This document shows, one piece after another, positions 30,252-39,047 of a DNA stretch of 64,000 bases; the first letter of the stretch is position 1, and each line of letters starts with the position of its first letter. This stretch comes from an uncultured Verrucomicrobiaceae bacterium (GTDB lineage Bacteria > Verrucomicrobiota > Verrucomicrobiia > Methylacidiphilales > CAYYVW01), in NCBI GenBank assembly GCA_964473925.1, contig CAYYVW010000007.1:37205-101204 (forward strand). Reading direction: 5' to 3'. The notes beneath the pieces are model-generated. The model did no database searches. It saw nothing but the letters and a program-made list of their open reading frames with translations, and was not told the DNA's origin. The position numbers and the translations under genes were made by a program.

Positions 30252-31829
30252 CTACGTCAGCTCTTCTTCCGTCAATGCATTGATCACTTTAAACTCTTCA
30301 AAGTGAAAATTAGCGTTTGGACGAAAACTCAAGCGGCCCTGAAATCGTCGTTCCAAGTCAACTAACAGCTCCTCATCCTCTCCCTTCAAGCGCTCCAGCA
30401 CATGCGGACTCAGAATGATGCGCAGCTCGTGTACGCCCGGATGAAGGCGCATGACGCGCGTAATCGCGCGTTGAATTTCCACGCTCATCGTCTCAGCTGA
30501 TTTGATCAATCCGCGCCCCTTGCACGTCGGGCACTCCATGTAAACCGCCCGGCTGATGCTCTCCTGCACCCGCTGACGCGTCATTTCCACCAAGCCCAAG
30601 GGGGAAATCGGTAGAATGTGCGTTTTAGCTTTGTCGCGATAGCAGCATGCCTTGAGTTTGCTGTGCACCGCCTGCTGATCACGGCGCTGTCGCATATCGA
30701 TGAAGTCAATAATGACCAGACCGCCGATATTGCGCAGGCGCAACTGCCGCGCCACCTCTTCCGCCGCTTCTAAGTTGGTCTGCACAATCATGCGATCCTG
30801 ATCCCGACCCCCTTTATTGCGCCCCGTATTAACGTCAACCGCTACAAGCGCCTCGGTTTCATCGATAACTAAATAGCCGCCACAAGGCAGCCAAACCTGG
30901 CGTCGAAAAGCCGCATCGATTTGTTTAACGACGTTGAATCGCTCAAAAATGGGCACCGCTTCAACATACGTTTTAATTTTACGTACGGAGCGTGTTGAGA
31001 TTTCTCCCACAATTGCCCGAATCCGATTCGCCGCATCTGGATCATCGATTACAATTTGTTTCACATCATCGGTCAAAAAATCCCGGACGGTCCGCTCAAT
31101 CAAATCAGGCTCTTCCTGCAAAAGCGCCGGCGCGGGCTTGGATTTAAGGCTCGCTTCAATCTTGCGCCACCGCTCTAACAGAACATGCAAGTCACGCACA
31201 AAAAACCGCGCCTTCTGCCCTTCCCCCACCGTTCGAATAATCACCCCGGTGCCGTCCGGGAAATCTAAACTGGATAAAATCTTGCGCAGTCGCTGCCGTT
31301 CTTTCGGGTCTTCAATCTTACGAGAAATCCCGCACTCATCCGTGTACGGAGTAAAAACCAAGTATCGGCCGGCCAAGCTAATGTTCGTTGTCACGCGCGG
31401 ACCCTTGGTCCCAATCAGGCCCTTGGTAACCTGCAAAATAATATCCGACCCCGGCGGGTACATCCGCGGGATGTCCGCCACCGTCAACCGCCGCCGACCG
31501 CGCCCTCGGGAATTGTTTCGCTGAATCGATTCAACCGAGGCGTTATCCAGCGCTGCAGGCAAAGCATCTGAATAATGCAGGAAGGCGTTTTTATCCAAGC
31601 CGATGTCGATAAACATCGCGCTGAGGCCTGGCTCATGGTTCTTGACCCGCCCCTTGTAGATATTACCCGAGATCTGGCGGTCATTCTCGCGCTCGATCGA
31701 GAATTCTTCGAGTCGCCCACCCTCCAAAAGCGCTACGCGGCGCTCGAGTCGCTCACAGCTGATGATAATTTCTGTTTCGTCTTCCTTGCGCTTAAGGCCC
31801 AAGAAACCACGGATTGTATCTAAAATCAT
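30252..31829 (-). CDS. rng: Ribonuclease E/G family (RNase G-like)
   Basis: 525 aa. S1 domain (GNIYKGRVKNHEPGLSAMFIDIG), catalytic core (VIDETEALVAVDVNTG, GGLVIIDFIDM), Zn-link CPTCKGRG. Confidence 0.9.
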   Translation of the reverse strand: MILDTIRGFLGLKRKEDETEIIISCERLERRVALLEGGRLEEFSIERENDRQISGNIYKGRVKNHEPGLSAMFIDIGLDKNAFLHYSDALPAALDNASVESIQRNNSRGRGRRRLTVADIPRMYPPGSDIILQVTKGLIGTKGPRVTTNISLAGRYLVFTPYTDECGISRKIEDPKERQRLRKILSSLDFPDGTGVIIRTVGEGQKARFFVRDLHVLLERWRKIEASLKSKPAPALLQEEPDLIERTVRDFLTDDVKQIVIDDPDAANRIRAIVGEISTRSVRKIKTYVEAVPIFERFNVVKQIDAAFRRQVWLPCGGYLVIDETEALVAVDVNTGRNKGGRDQDRMIVQTNLEAAEEVARQLRLRNIGGLVIIDFIDMRQRRDQQAVHSKLKACCYRDKAKTHILPISPLGLVEMTRQRVQESISRAVYMECPTCKGRGLIKSAETMSVEIQRAITRVMRLHPGVHELRIILSPHVLERLKGEDEELLVDLERRFQGRLSFRPNANFHFEEFKVINALTEEELT

Positions 31830-31913
31830 AAGAAAGCTCCTCCAGGGGAATAAATTGACCCCCAGTAAATGAGTAAACGGTTGAAGATTGAAGTTTCATA
31901 AATGAAAATTGGC

Positions 31914-33059
31914 TCAGAGCCGTCGATGAACCCAGACGCTCTGCACCAATCCCATAGCTGCCATGCAGACTACAAAGAAGGTGCCTCCATAGCTAATAAA
32001 CGGCAAGGGGATTCCGGTGATGGGAACTACCTGCATGGTCATCCCAATGTTTACGAAAATATGCGTAAAAAAGAGCGCAGCCACCCCCGCACAAACTAAG
32101 ACCCCGACATCTTGGCGCGCGTAAAAGGCAGCCCGCAAACAAGAAAGGAGCGTTACCCCAAGCAATACAATCACCAATGTGCCCCCAACAAACCCATGTT
32201 CCTCACCGATCACGGAGAAAATAAAGTCGTTGTATGCAATGTTACGCGGCAAAAACCCCAGCACATTCTGCGTTCCCTGCCGCCATCCCTTGCCGTTCCA
32301 TCCGCCCGAGCCAATCGCAATAAGGGATTGGTTGATCGTCCAGCCCGCATTCTGCGGATCCAAATTCGGATTAAAGAATGTCTTGATGCGGTTGACCTGA
32401 TAAGGCTTCAGGCCAGCGTGCCAGTTGTTCTGATAAATCCCGTAATAGGCCACAAAGAATACCGCGACGCCTGCAATCACCGGCACCGCTAAGTACCGTT
32501 TGCGAACCCCTGCGATAAACATCATCACAAACGCAATCGGAAAAAAGACAGCCGCCGATCCCAAGTCCGGCTGAGGTAAAATAAGCCCGATGGGCACCAA
32601 ACAAAATATGCAAACGCGGACGAATGTACCAAAGCTCTTGATTTTCTTATCCCTACGCGCCAACCAGTCTGCCAAAAGCAAAATAAAGGCCAGCTTGCAA
32701 AGCTCACCCGGTTGAATTCCGACTCCTGCAAAACGCAGCCAACTGCGCGCACCATTGGCCAGCGTCCCCACACCGGGGATGAGAACCAGCACCAAAAGCA
32801 ATCCGATAACCCCCGCTCCAATTTGCGCCCATGAAGGAGCCCCGGAAAACCATTTTTGATAATCCACCAGAGCCAAGGTGAAAAAAATCGCCAGCCCAAT
32901 AGGGATCCAGTAAAGCTGCTGCCAGTAAATATCCCTAAATTCGTCAGAAGCAAACGTCGCCGCATCAATCGCAATGACGCTGGCAACGCACAGCGCCAGG
33001 AGCGCCGTTACCAGCCACCCGTCCAGGCGCCTAAATTTTTGCCAGAGTTCGATGAGCAC
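31914..33059 (-). CDS. rodA: Rod-shape-determining SEDS protein RodA
   Basis: 381 aa. FtsW/RodA/SpoVE family (QPGELCKLAFILLLA, LPQPDLGSA, IPLPFISYGGT). Sits in the mre/mrd cluster. Confidence 0.9.
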   Translation of the reverse strand: MLIELWQKFRRLDGWLVTALLALCVASVIAIDAATFASDEFRDIYWQQLYWIPIGLAIFFTLALVDYQKWFSGAPSWAQIGAGVIGLLLVLVLIPGVGTLANGARSWLRFAGVGIQPGELCKLAFILLLADWLARRDKKIKSFGTFVRVCIFCLVPIGLILPQPDLGSAAVFFPIAFVMMFIAGVRKRYLAVPVIAGVAVFFVAYYGIYQNNWHAGLKPYQVNRIKTFFNPNLDPQNAGWTINQSLIAIGSGGWNGKGWRQGTQNVLGFLPRNIAYNDFIFSVIGEEHGFVGGTLVIVLLGVTLLSCLRAAFYARQDVGVLVCAGVAALFFTHIFVNIGMTMQVVPITGIPLPFISYGGTFFVVCMAAMGLVQSVWVHRRL

Positions 33060-33085
33060 GTATTTTTTCTTTCCAAAAATTAAAT

Positions 33086-35209
33086 TTAGAACCGTCGCTT
33101 TGGCATGATCGCCGAAGGTTCATCTTCTTGTACAATGTCTGGCTCAGCACCAGGGACAGCATCCGCTGTAACGCCACCATCAGCACCAGGCCGACCGGCG
33201 GCATCAGGCACTCCAAGCGCCCCTGCAGCTTCTGCTGCCGCGATCTCGTCCACGCCGCGGAAATGGCCCACCGCCGGAGCCAGATAGCGCAGCTCAATCG
33301 GCTCGCCTTTTTCCACTGCAAAAATTCCTTTCACAATCGTACTGGCGATAGGCCCCGCCGTGACACCGCCCGCCACGCCGCCCTCTACGAGAACGCAAAA
33401 AGCGTAACGCGGATTTTCATAAGGCGCAAATCCATAGAACCAAGCACGCGTATCCTTGACGATTCGCCCTCCAATTCGAGTACTAAATTGTGCGGAGCCC
33501 GTTTTACCCGCTACCACCACGTCGGGTTGCGCAACGCGACGGCCCGTGCCCGATTCGACCACTGCACGCAAGGCGGCTTGCACTGCTTTTAAATCCGCCG
33601 GATTCACATCTAAGTTCCCTCGAACTCGCTTCTCTGGAACATTAATGAATGCCCGACCATCCGCATCCGTCACTTCCTGCGTCAGCCGCGGAAAATAAAC
33701 AGTCCCACCATTGGCGACAGCTGCCATGAGCATCGTCATCTGCAACGGCGTCACCGTTAAAAAACCCTGCCCGATAGAAAGATTGGCCGTATGCGCGGTC
33801 GTCCAACGCTCGCGCTTGCGATGTTGGGCCATCCATTCAGGGCCCGGCAAAATTCCGGACGCCTCAGGGCCAATTTCAATACCCGTGCGCTCACCCAGTC
33901 CTGCAATTTCGCAGAGAGCATCAATCGCCTGCGCTCCCGCTTTGATTCCTGCTTGATAGAAAAAAACGTTGGAAGATTTTTCCAACGCCGTATGCAATGA
34001 GATTGAGCCGAACCCAGATGTGTTGTGGTCTTTAAAGTATCGATTACCAATCGCGATTGCCGGCGGACAATTAAGGTACGTGCGCGGCGTGATTGCTTTT
34101 GCCTTCAGTGCAGCCAGCGCGACCGGAACTTTAAAAGTCGATCCCGGCGCATAGGCTTGCAGTGCGCGGTTTAGCAGCGGCTTGGAAGCATCCTGATTGA
34201 GCGCTCTCCATTCGCTGGGAGGAATCTGCGGCACAAATCGATTGGGATCGAAGCTGGGCACCGCGACCAACGCCAGAATATCTCCGCTATTACAGTCCAC
34301 GACCACCGCGGCTCCGCGCCCCACTCCTCGCATCGCCTGCTCGGCGACATATTGGATTTTTGCATCAAGCGTTAAATGAATCGTTTTACCCAGCGTTGGC
34401 GCTTCATACCCTTCTTCGCGATCAATGTACCCGCGATTATCAACGCGCAATATTTTGCCGCCGGGCTTGCCTTGCAGATGCGCATCGCGCACGCCTTCAA
34501 TTCCGACGCGACCAATCGTATCGTACTCGTATCCTTCCTCGCTGATCGCTTCCCGCGCCTCATCCGGCCGGCCGATGTAGCCCAGTACGTGCGCTGCCAG
34601 CGCACCATAGGGATAATGCCGAACCGGCCGCGCCACGATTTCCACACCGGGAATACCTAAATTGCGCTCAGAGAACTGCGCCAGCGTTGCAAAATTGACA
34701 TCCGCCTGCATTGCGTAGGGAATGTTGCGTCGAATCCGGAAGTGCTCCTGTAGATCCTTTGGATCAGGCAGCTGCTTCAATCCCAAGCTTTCCACAATCG
34801 GCTTGAGGCTTTCATGAACTATGCGGCCGATATCTACTGTCGTTTCCCACACCTGACGACGCTTGTTGTACACCCGCAAGCGCGGCACCCGGCCCTTGTG
34901 ATTGCGTGCGTAGGTCCGTTGTAATTGATCCAAGTATAAATCGATATCGTAGCTGGCACGATTTTCCGCCAGTGCAACGCCTGCGCGATCCACGACGAGG
35001 CCCCGCGCTGGAGAAAGTCGCACCGCTACCGTCGTCTGCGTGCGGAGGCGCTTCACATATTCCTGCCCGCGCGCCACCTGCAGTTCGTACAACCGATAAA
35101 TCAAGACTCCCAATGCGACCGCCCACAGTCCGCCCAGGATAATCAGCCGCCAATGGGCGATACGCCGTTCATCGACTAACATACGGAGCCGCCATAATCC
35201 GCGGAGCAA
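33086..35209 (-). CDS. mrdA: Penicillin-binding protein 2 (elongasome transpeptidase)
   Basis: 707 aa. SxxK (GSTFK), SxN (KSSN), KTG (GKTGSA). Ala/Gly/Pro-rich C-terminal tail. The start may be an internal Met (35182) because 35169-35209 overlaps mreD. Confidence 0.9.
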   Translation of the reverse strand: MLRGLWRLRMLVDERRIAHWRLIILGGLWAVALGVLIYRLYELQVARGQEYVKRLRTQTTVAVRLSPARGLVVDRAGVALAENRASYDIDLYLDQLQRTYARNHKGRVPRLRVYNKRRQVWETTVDIGRIVHESLKPIVESLGLKQLPDPKDLQEHFRIRRNIPYAMQADVNFATLAQFSERNLGIPGVEIVARPVRHYPYGALAAHVLGYIGRPDEAREAISEEGYEYDTIGRVGIEGVRDAHLQGKPGGKILRVDNRGYIDREEGYEAPTLGKTIHLTLDAKIQYVAEQAMRGVGRGAAVVVDCNSGDILALVAVPSFDPNRFVPQIPPSEWRALNQDASKPLLNRALQAYAPGSTFKVPVALAALKAKAITPRTYLNCPPAIAIGNRYFKDHNTSGFGSISLHTALEKSSNVFFYQAGIKAGAQAIDALCEIAGLGERTGIEIGPEASGILPGPEWMAQHRKRERWTTAHTANLSIGQGFLTVTPLQMTMLMAAVANGGTVYFPRLTQEVTDADGRAFINVPEKRVRGNLDVNPADLKAVQAALRAVVESGTGRRVAQPDVVVAGKTGSAQFSTRIGGRIVKDTRAWFYGFAPYENPRYAFCVLVEGGVAGGVTAGPIASTIVKGIFAVEKGEPIELRYLAPAVGHFRGVDEIAAAEAAGALGVPDAAGRPGADGGVTADAVPGAEPDIVQEDEPSAIMPKRRF

Positions 35210-35693
35210 AGCCCAATCGCCGCGGCAGTTGATTTAAAACCCAAAAAGCAGGAGGCGCCAGAGCAGCCGCAGCAAAAGAAGCGCTGTACACCACGACCCA
35301 CACATCCAGCGGCCAGCGCCACTGTTCCAACTGCCAATTATAAAAGACATAATCCAAAACCAGCCACAAGCACGTTCCCACGAATGCCAAGAGCGCCTGA
35401 TACCAAAGCTGCCGGATCCAATGAAAATGCCGCTGCGTCATGGCCAGCGCCGCCAATGCGCTGAGGCTCACTGCTGATGCGCCGGAAGCGCCTGGTGTCA
35501 AAAAATCCATCCCGAAACCCAACACAACCGTGACTAAAAAAATTCCATCTCCCGCCGTCCATAAAGCGCCATAGAGCACCACGATGGGCACTAGAAATAC
35601 GCTGAAGCTCACTCCGCCTACATGCAACAACGGCAGCGTCATCTGCAGCGCAATCGCCAAAAAACCGACCACTAAAAGATAAATCATCATCAT
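35169..35693 (-). CDS. mreD: Rod-shape-determining protein MreD
   Basis: 174-aa polytopic membrane protein between mreC and mrdA. Assigned by position and hydrophobicity. Confidence 0.7.
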   Translation of the reverse strand: MMMIYLLVVGFLAIALQMTLPLLHVGGVSFSVFLVPIVVLYGALWTAGDGIFLVTVVLGFGMDFLTPGASGASAVSLSALAALAMTQRHFHWIRQLWYQALLAFVGTCLWLVLDYVFYNWQLEQWRWPLDVWVVVYSASFAAAALAPPAFWVLNQLPRRLGFAPRIMAAPYVSR

Positions 35694-35712
35694 AATTTCT
35701 GTGCAAGCGTTC

Positions 35713-36540
35713 TTACTGCACTCCTACGACGATAAAAAGTTCATCCAAATGTTTGAGATCCACCGCCGGATCAAGCACCGCTTCGCGTGAAAGTCCAAAG
35801 CTCGTTCCCGCACCGGGACCCGGAACCTCCACGATGCTGCCGATTGCCAGCCCTGCCGGAAAAACTCCGCCCAAACCGCTTGTAAACACACGCTCTCCCA
35901 CTTCCAGTACTGCATTTTTAGTGACAAATTTCATGCGCGCGCGCGGCACCTGCTGCCAGCCGCCTTCGCCAACCACAATCCCTTGCTCGCGCGAACTCTC
36001 AATAATCGACGCAATTTTACAATTAGCATCAACGAGCAGCAGCACCTCGGTGGTGTGAGCGCCCACCGTTGTCGTCTTACCTACGATTCCACGCGGGCTG
36101 ACGATCGGCAAATCGGGACGCAAATCCGAATTATCCTGCCAGCCCCGATCGATGGTGATCGTGCTCCACCACGCCGCCGGATCCCGCGCCACCATTTTGC
36201 AGGGCAAGAGCCGCAGCGAAGACTGCTGCTTAAAGCCCAGCATTTCCCGGAGTCGTGCGTTCTCCGATTCTAACCGCCGCAGCACCTGATTTTCGGCGCC
36301 AAGCCGGCTGTTTTCTTCCGTCAACCGGTGCGCCTCTTTTTGCGCCTGTTCGAGCGTTTGAATATTTTCATCCACCTCCGTAAAGAACGTCCGCGTTTTA
36401 TCCGCGACTCTCACCACCGGCTTGAACAGGTCGAGCATCCCGCGTCGAAACGTCTCCCGCGACGCTGGCGCCAATGAAAGCCCCACCACCACCAAGACGA
36501 TCAGCGCGATGGCAAAAATCAAGCGACGTTGACGGATCAT
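35713..36540 (-). CDS. mreC: Rod-shape-determining protein MreC
   Basis: 275 aa. N-terminal anchor, coiled-coil (ENSRLGAENQVLRRLESENARLREML), beta-barrel domains (VFTSGLGGVFPAGLAIG). Confidence 0.85.
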   Translation of the reverse strand: MIRQRRLIFAIALIVLVVVGLSLAPASRETFRRGMLDLFKPVVRVADKTRTFFTEVDENIQTLEQAQKEAHRLTEENSRLGAENQVLRRLESENARLREMLGFKQQSSLRLLPCKMVARDPAAWWSTITIDRGWQDNSDLRPDLPIVSPRGIVGKTTTVGAHTTEVLLLVDANCKIASIIESSREQGIVVGEGGWQQVPRARMKFVTKNAVLEVGERVFTSGLGGVFPAGLAIGSIVEVPGPGAGTSFGLSREAVLDPAVDLKHLDELFIVVGVQ

Positions 36541-36636
36541 GGAAGAGAAAGCCTCAAGGGATGCCCCATCCTAACACAAAAAGGTCCGCTTGCGCCAGCG
36601 GCGGATCAAGCCACTCAAAAGCTCTGCCGGTTCTTT

Positions 36637-37677
36637 CTAAGAACTCCGCTCGGCCTCGGCAACGCGGCGCAGGTAGTTGAACTCCTGCAGAACCTTGCCG
36701 GTTCCTTCGGCAACCGCCGAAAGCGGGTCTTCCGCCACGTGAACGGGCAGCCCCGTCTCTTCAGAAAGCAACTTATCGATGCCCCGCAGGAGCGCTCCAC
36801 CGCCCGCCAGGACGATTCCACGTTCCACCAAATCAGCTGAAAGCTCCGGCGGGCAGCGCTCGAGCGTAATGCGCACCGATTCTACAATCTCGCTGATCGG
36901 CTCGCTCATCGCCTCACGCACTTCTTGCGAAGTCACCGTCAGCGTCTTGGGCAAGCCCGCGACCAAATCCCGCCCCTTCACTTCCATCGTGGTTTCTTTT
37001 TCCATCGGATAGGCAGAACCGATCTTAATCTTAATCTCTTCCGCCGTCCGCTCGCCTATCATGAGGTTATACGCGCGGCGCATGTAATTGGTGATGCTCT
37101 CATCGAGCTCATCGCCCGCCACACGCACACTCCGCGAGAAAACAATCCCTGCCAGGGAGATAATCGCCACCTCCGTTGTTCCGCCCCCGATATCGACAAT
37201 CATGTTGCCCGCTGCTTCTTGCACGGGCAGGCCAACGCCGATCGCCGCCGCCATAGGCTCCTCGATCAAATGCACTTCGCGTGCGCCCGCGTGCAACGCA
37301 GAATCTTTCACTGCGCGCTTTTCCACCTCGGTGATTCCCGTGGGCACGGCGATCACCACCCGCGGCCGGCCCCAGCGGCGCTTGCCCTGGGCCTTTTCAA
37401 TAAACGTCTTAAGCATCGCCTCGGTCACCTCGAAATCAGCGATGACGCCATCTTTCATTGGGCGAACTGCGACGATCGTCCCAGGCGTCCGGCCGAGCAT
37501 CCGCTTGGCCTCGTCGCCCACGGCGAGCACCTTGCGCGTCGCTTGATGCACCGCCACAACAGAAGGCTCGCGCAGCACAATCCCACGATCGGCGACGTAA
37601 ACGATCGTATTGGCCGTTCCCAAATCGATTCCGATATCCTTGGTAAAAAACTTAGAAAAATAATCCGTGAGGCTCAT
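36637..37677 (-). CDS. mreB: Actin-like rod-shape protein MreB
   Basis: 346 aa. [43 protein letters not shown]. Confidence 0.95.
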   Translation of the reverse strand: MSLTDYFSKFFTKDIGIDLGTANTIVYVADRGIVLREPSVVAVHQATRKVLAVGDEAKRMLGRTPGTIVAVRPMKDGVIADFEVTEAMLKTFIEKAQGKRRWGRPRVVIAVPTGITEVEKRAVKDSALHAGAREVHLIEEPMAAAIGVGLPVQEAAGNMIVDIGGGTTEVAIISLAGIVFSRSVRVAGDELDESITNYMRRAYNLMIGERTAEEIKIKIGSAYPMEKETTMEVKGRDLVAGLPKTLTVTSQEVREAMSEPISEIVESVRITLERCPPELSADLVERGIVLAGGGALLRGIDKLLSEETGLPVHVAEDPLSAVAEGTGKVLQEFNYLRRVAEAERSS

Positions 37678-37814
37678 AGCGCGGTAAAAAATAATCCGCC
37701 CGCGGCTTTCAAACTGATAAGCAGCAAAGGCAGAGCCAAGCAGCGTGCCTTCCCCCCGCCCCTAACGTCAAGCTTGGAAGAAGGTCTCTCTCCGCGCGTT
37801 GGGCTTTATAGCAT

Positions 37815-37850
37815 AAAAAAGCCAGGGGGCCAGCGAACCAGCCCCCCGGC
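37815..37850 (-). terminator. Intrinsic terminator downstream of the distal flp gene
   Basis: Minus-strand RNA GCCGGGGGGCUGG-UUCG-CUGGCCCCCUGGC followed by UUUUUU. This is a roughly 13-bp stem (with G.U pairs) and a UUCG tetraloop, about 66 nt after the flp stop. Confidence 0.7.
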
Positions 37851-37916
37851 AGCGATCTGGCTTTGCGCTTTGGACCTCGAAACTTTGGCGGCCCAAATAG
37901 CAAAGCGCCCGCAGGC

Positions 37917-38111
37917 TTACGACGCGCTTTGCGCGACATCCAGCTTGCTGTTCACGGTCGAGAACACCTGCGTCACTTTCGTGCCGAGCTGTTGCAATAC
38001 GAAGATTGCGACGACCGAGATGAAGGCCAAGATCAACGCGTACTCAACCAGCGTCTGACCGGACTTCGAGCGTTGCGCGTTACGCGCATGTTTCATCTGT
38101 TTGCTCATCAT
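37917..38111 (-). CDS. flp: Flp/Fap-family type IVb (Tad) pilin, copy 1 (distal)
   Basis: 64 aa. Basic leader MMSKQMKHARNAQRSKSG, then the Flp motif G/QTLV-EY (G-x4-EY) in a hydrophobic helix LVEYALILAFISVVAIFVL. SD GGAGGTG lies 9 nt upstream. Confidence 0.85.
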   Translation of the reverse strand: MMSKQMKHARNAQRSKSGQTLVEYALILAFISVVAIFVLQQLGTKVTQVFSTVNSKLDVAQSAS

Positions 38112-38140
38112 AACTTTTTCACCTCCTTCCTTGAAAAATC
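37939..38140. repeat. Direct repeat copy A (202 bp, identical to 38321-38522)
   Basis: Base-by-base comparison with the copy offset by 382 bp. The copies are identical from codon 57 back through the start codon and 29 nt of 5' leader including the SD. Confidence 0.9.
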
Positions 38141-38255
38141 ATCTAAATCTTTTGCGGCCTTCTCCTTGTTTCTCTTTTCCATCCCATCCTATTTTAAAAA
38201 TTGGTTTTCCTAGAAACCGGGGAGCTTGCGTTTTTGGCGCCCGCCCCCCGGCTTG

Positions 38256-38298
38256 CTTCGTCAAGGAGGCTCCTCCTCAGAGGAGTTCCTTCACGAAG
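38256..38298 (-). promoter_or_regulatory. Strong imperfect hairpin abutting the stop codon of flp copy 2 (inter-pilin RNA structure)
   Basis: CTTCGTCAAGGAGGCTCCTC-CTCA-GAGGAGTTCCTTCACGAAG gives about 17-18 bp with one bulge and one mismatch. No U-tract follows, so it is not a canonical terminator. Confidence 0.45.
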
Positions 38299-38493
38299 CT
38301 AGGAAGCGCTTTGCGCCGCGTCCAGCTTGCTGTTCACGGTCGAGAACACCTGCGTCACTTTCGTGCCGAGCTGTTGCAATACGAAGATTGCGACGACCGA
38401 GATGAAGGCCAAGATCAACGCGTACTCAACCAGCGTCTGACCGGACTTCGAGCGTTGCGCGTTACGCGCATGTTTCATCTGTTTGCTCATCAT
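38299..38493 (-). CDS. flp: Flp/Fap-family type IVb (Tad) pilin, copy 2 (proximal)
   Basis: 64 aa, identical to copy 1 except V59A. Same leader, G-x4-EY motif and SD. Confidence 0.85.
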   Translation of the reverse strand: MMSKQMKHARNAQRSKSGQTLVEYALILAFISVVAIFVLQQLGTKVTQVFSTVNSKLDAAQSAS

Positions 38494-38522
38494 AACTTTT
38501 TCACCTCCTTCCTTGAAAAATC
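38321..38522. repeat. Direct repeat copy B (202 bp, identical to 37939-38140)
   Basis: See copy A. Identity stops abruptly at both ends. Confidence 0.9.
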
Positions 38523-39047
38523 TTTCGATAAATTTGTCGTATGGGTTTCTAATTGGATTACCCGTCCGAAGGAGCAGGCGCCGCGCCCATCGGCGTCGGA
38601 GACGGCGCGGGCAGGGGCCCTTGGGCTTTGCTTTCCGGACGTGAAAAAAATTGCAGCCGACGCGTCATGCGCGAAGACCGTGAAATAGAGACCGATCCCG
38701 CCCCCGGCGGAACCACACGATAGCCCGAGGGTTGCTGCCCAGAATCAGAAGTTCCAAAAGAGGACATTTGGTTGGCCTTGGTTAGTTCTGATTGAAGATC
38801 GTAACATGCAAATTAAAACTTTGCTTCTCTTCCAAAAATCCCACTCCCATAAATTCCGACCCGCCACATACCGTTGTGCGGTTAAATAAACCGTAGGCTC
38901 ACTTTAAATGAGTGCAAAGCCAATTTTTACGTAAAAGCATGAAGATTTGTTTATGATTGTAGAACTACTGCTGCTGTATCCACCTTACCTGCGGAGAGAT
39001 GCGTCGCGCTTGCAGCGCGGCCTAAAGAACGTCTAACGTCAGCCGCA

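Noticed and set aside
36541-36636. Near-palindrome CCGCTTGCGCCAGCGG between mreB and mreC, considered as a terminator or operator
   Set aside because: It is a short (about 8 bp) stem with essentially no loop and no U-tract, so the evidence for function is insufficient.
36925-38058. 377-aa plus-strand ORF across mreB and into flp
   Set aside because: It is antisense to the unmistakable mreB gene. Its translation is His/Arg-rich low-complexity sequence, so it is a shadow ORF.
38101-38688. 195-aa plus-strand ORF overlapping flp copy 2 and part of the repeat
   Set aside because: It is antisense to the Flp pilin genes and partly just the repeated sequence read on the wrong strand. It has no start context.
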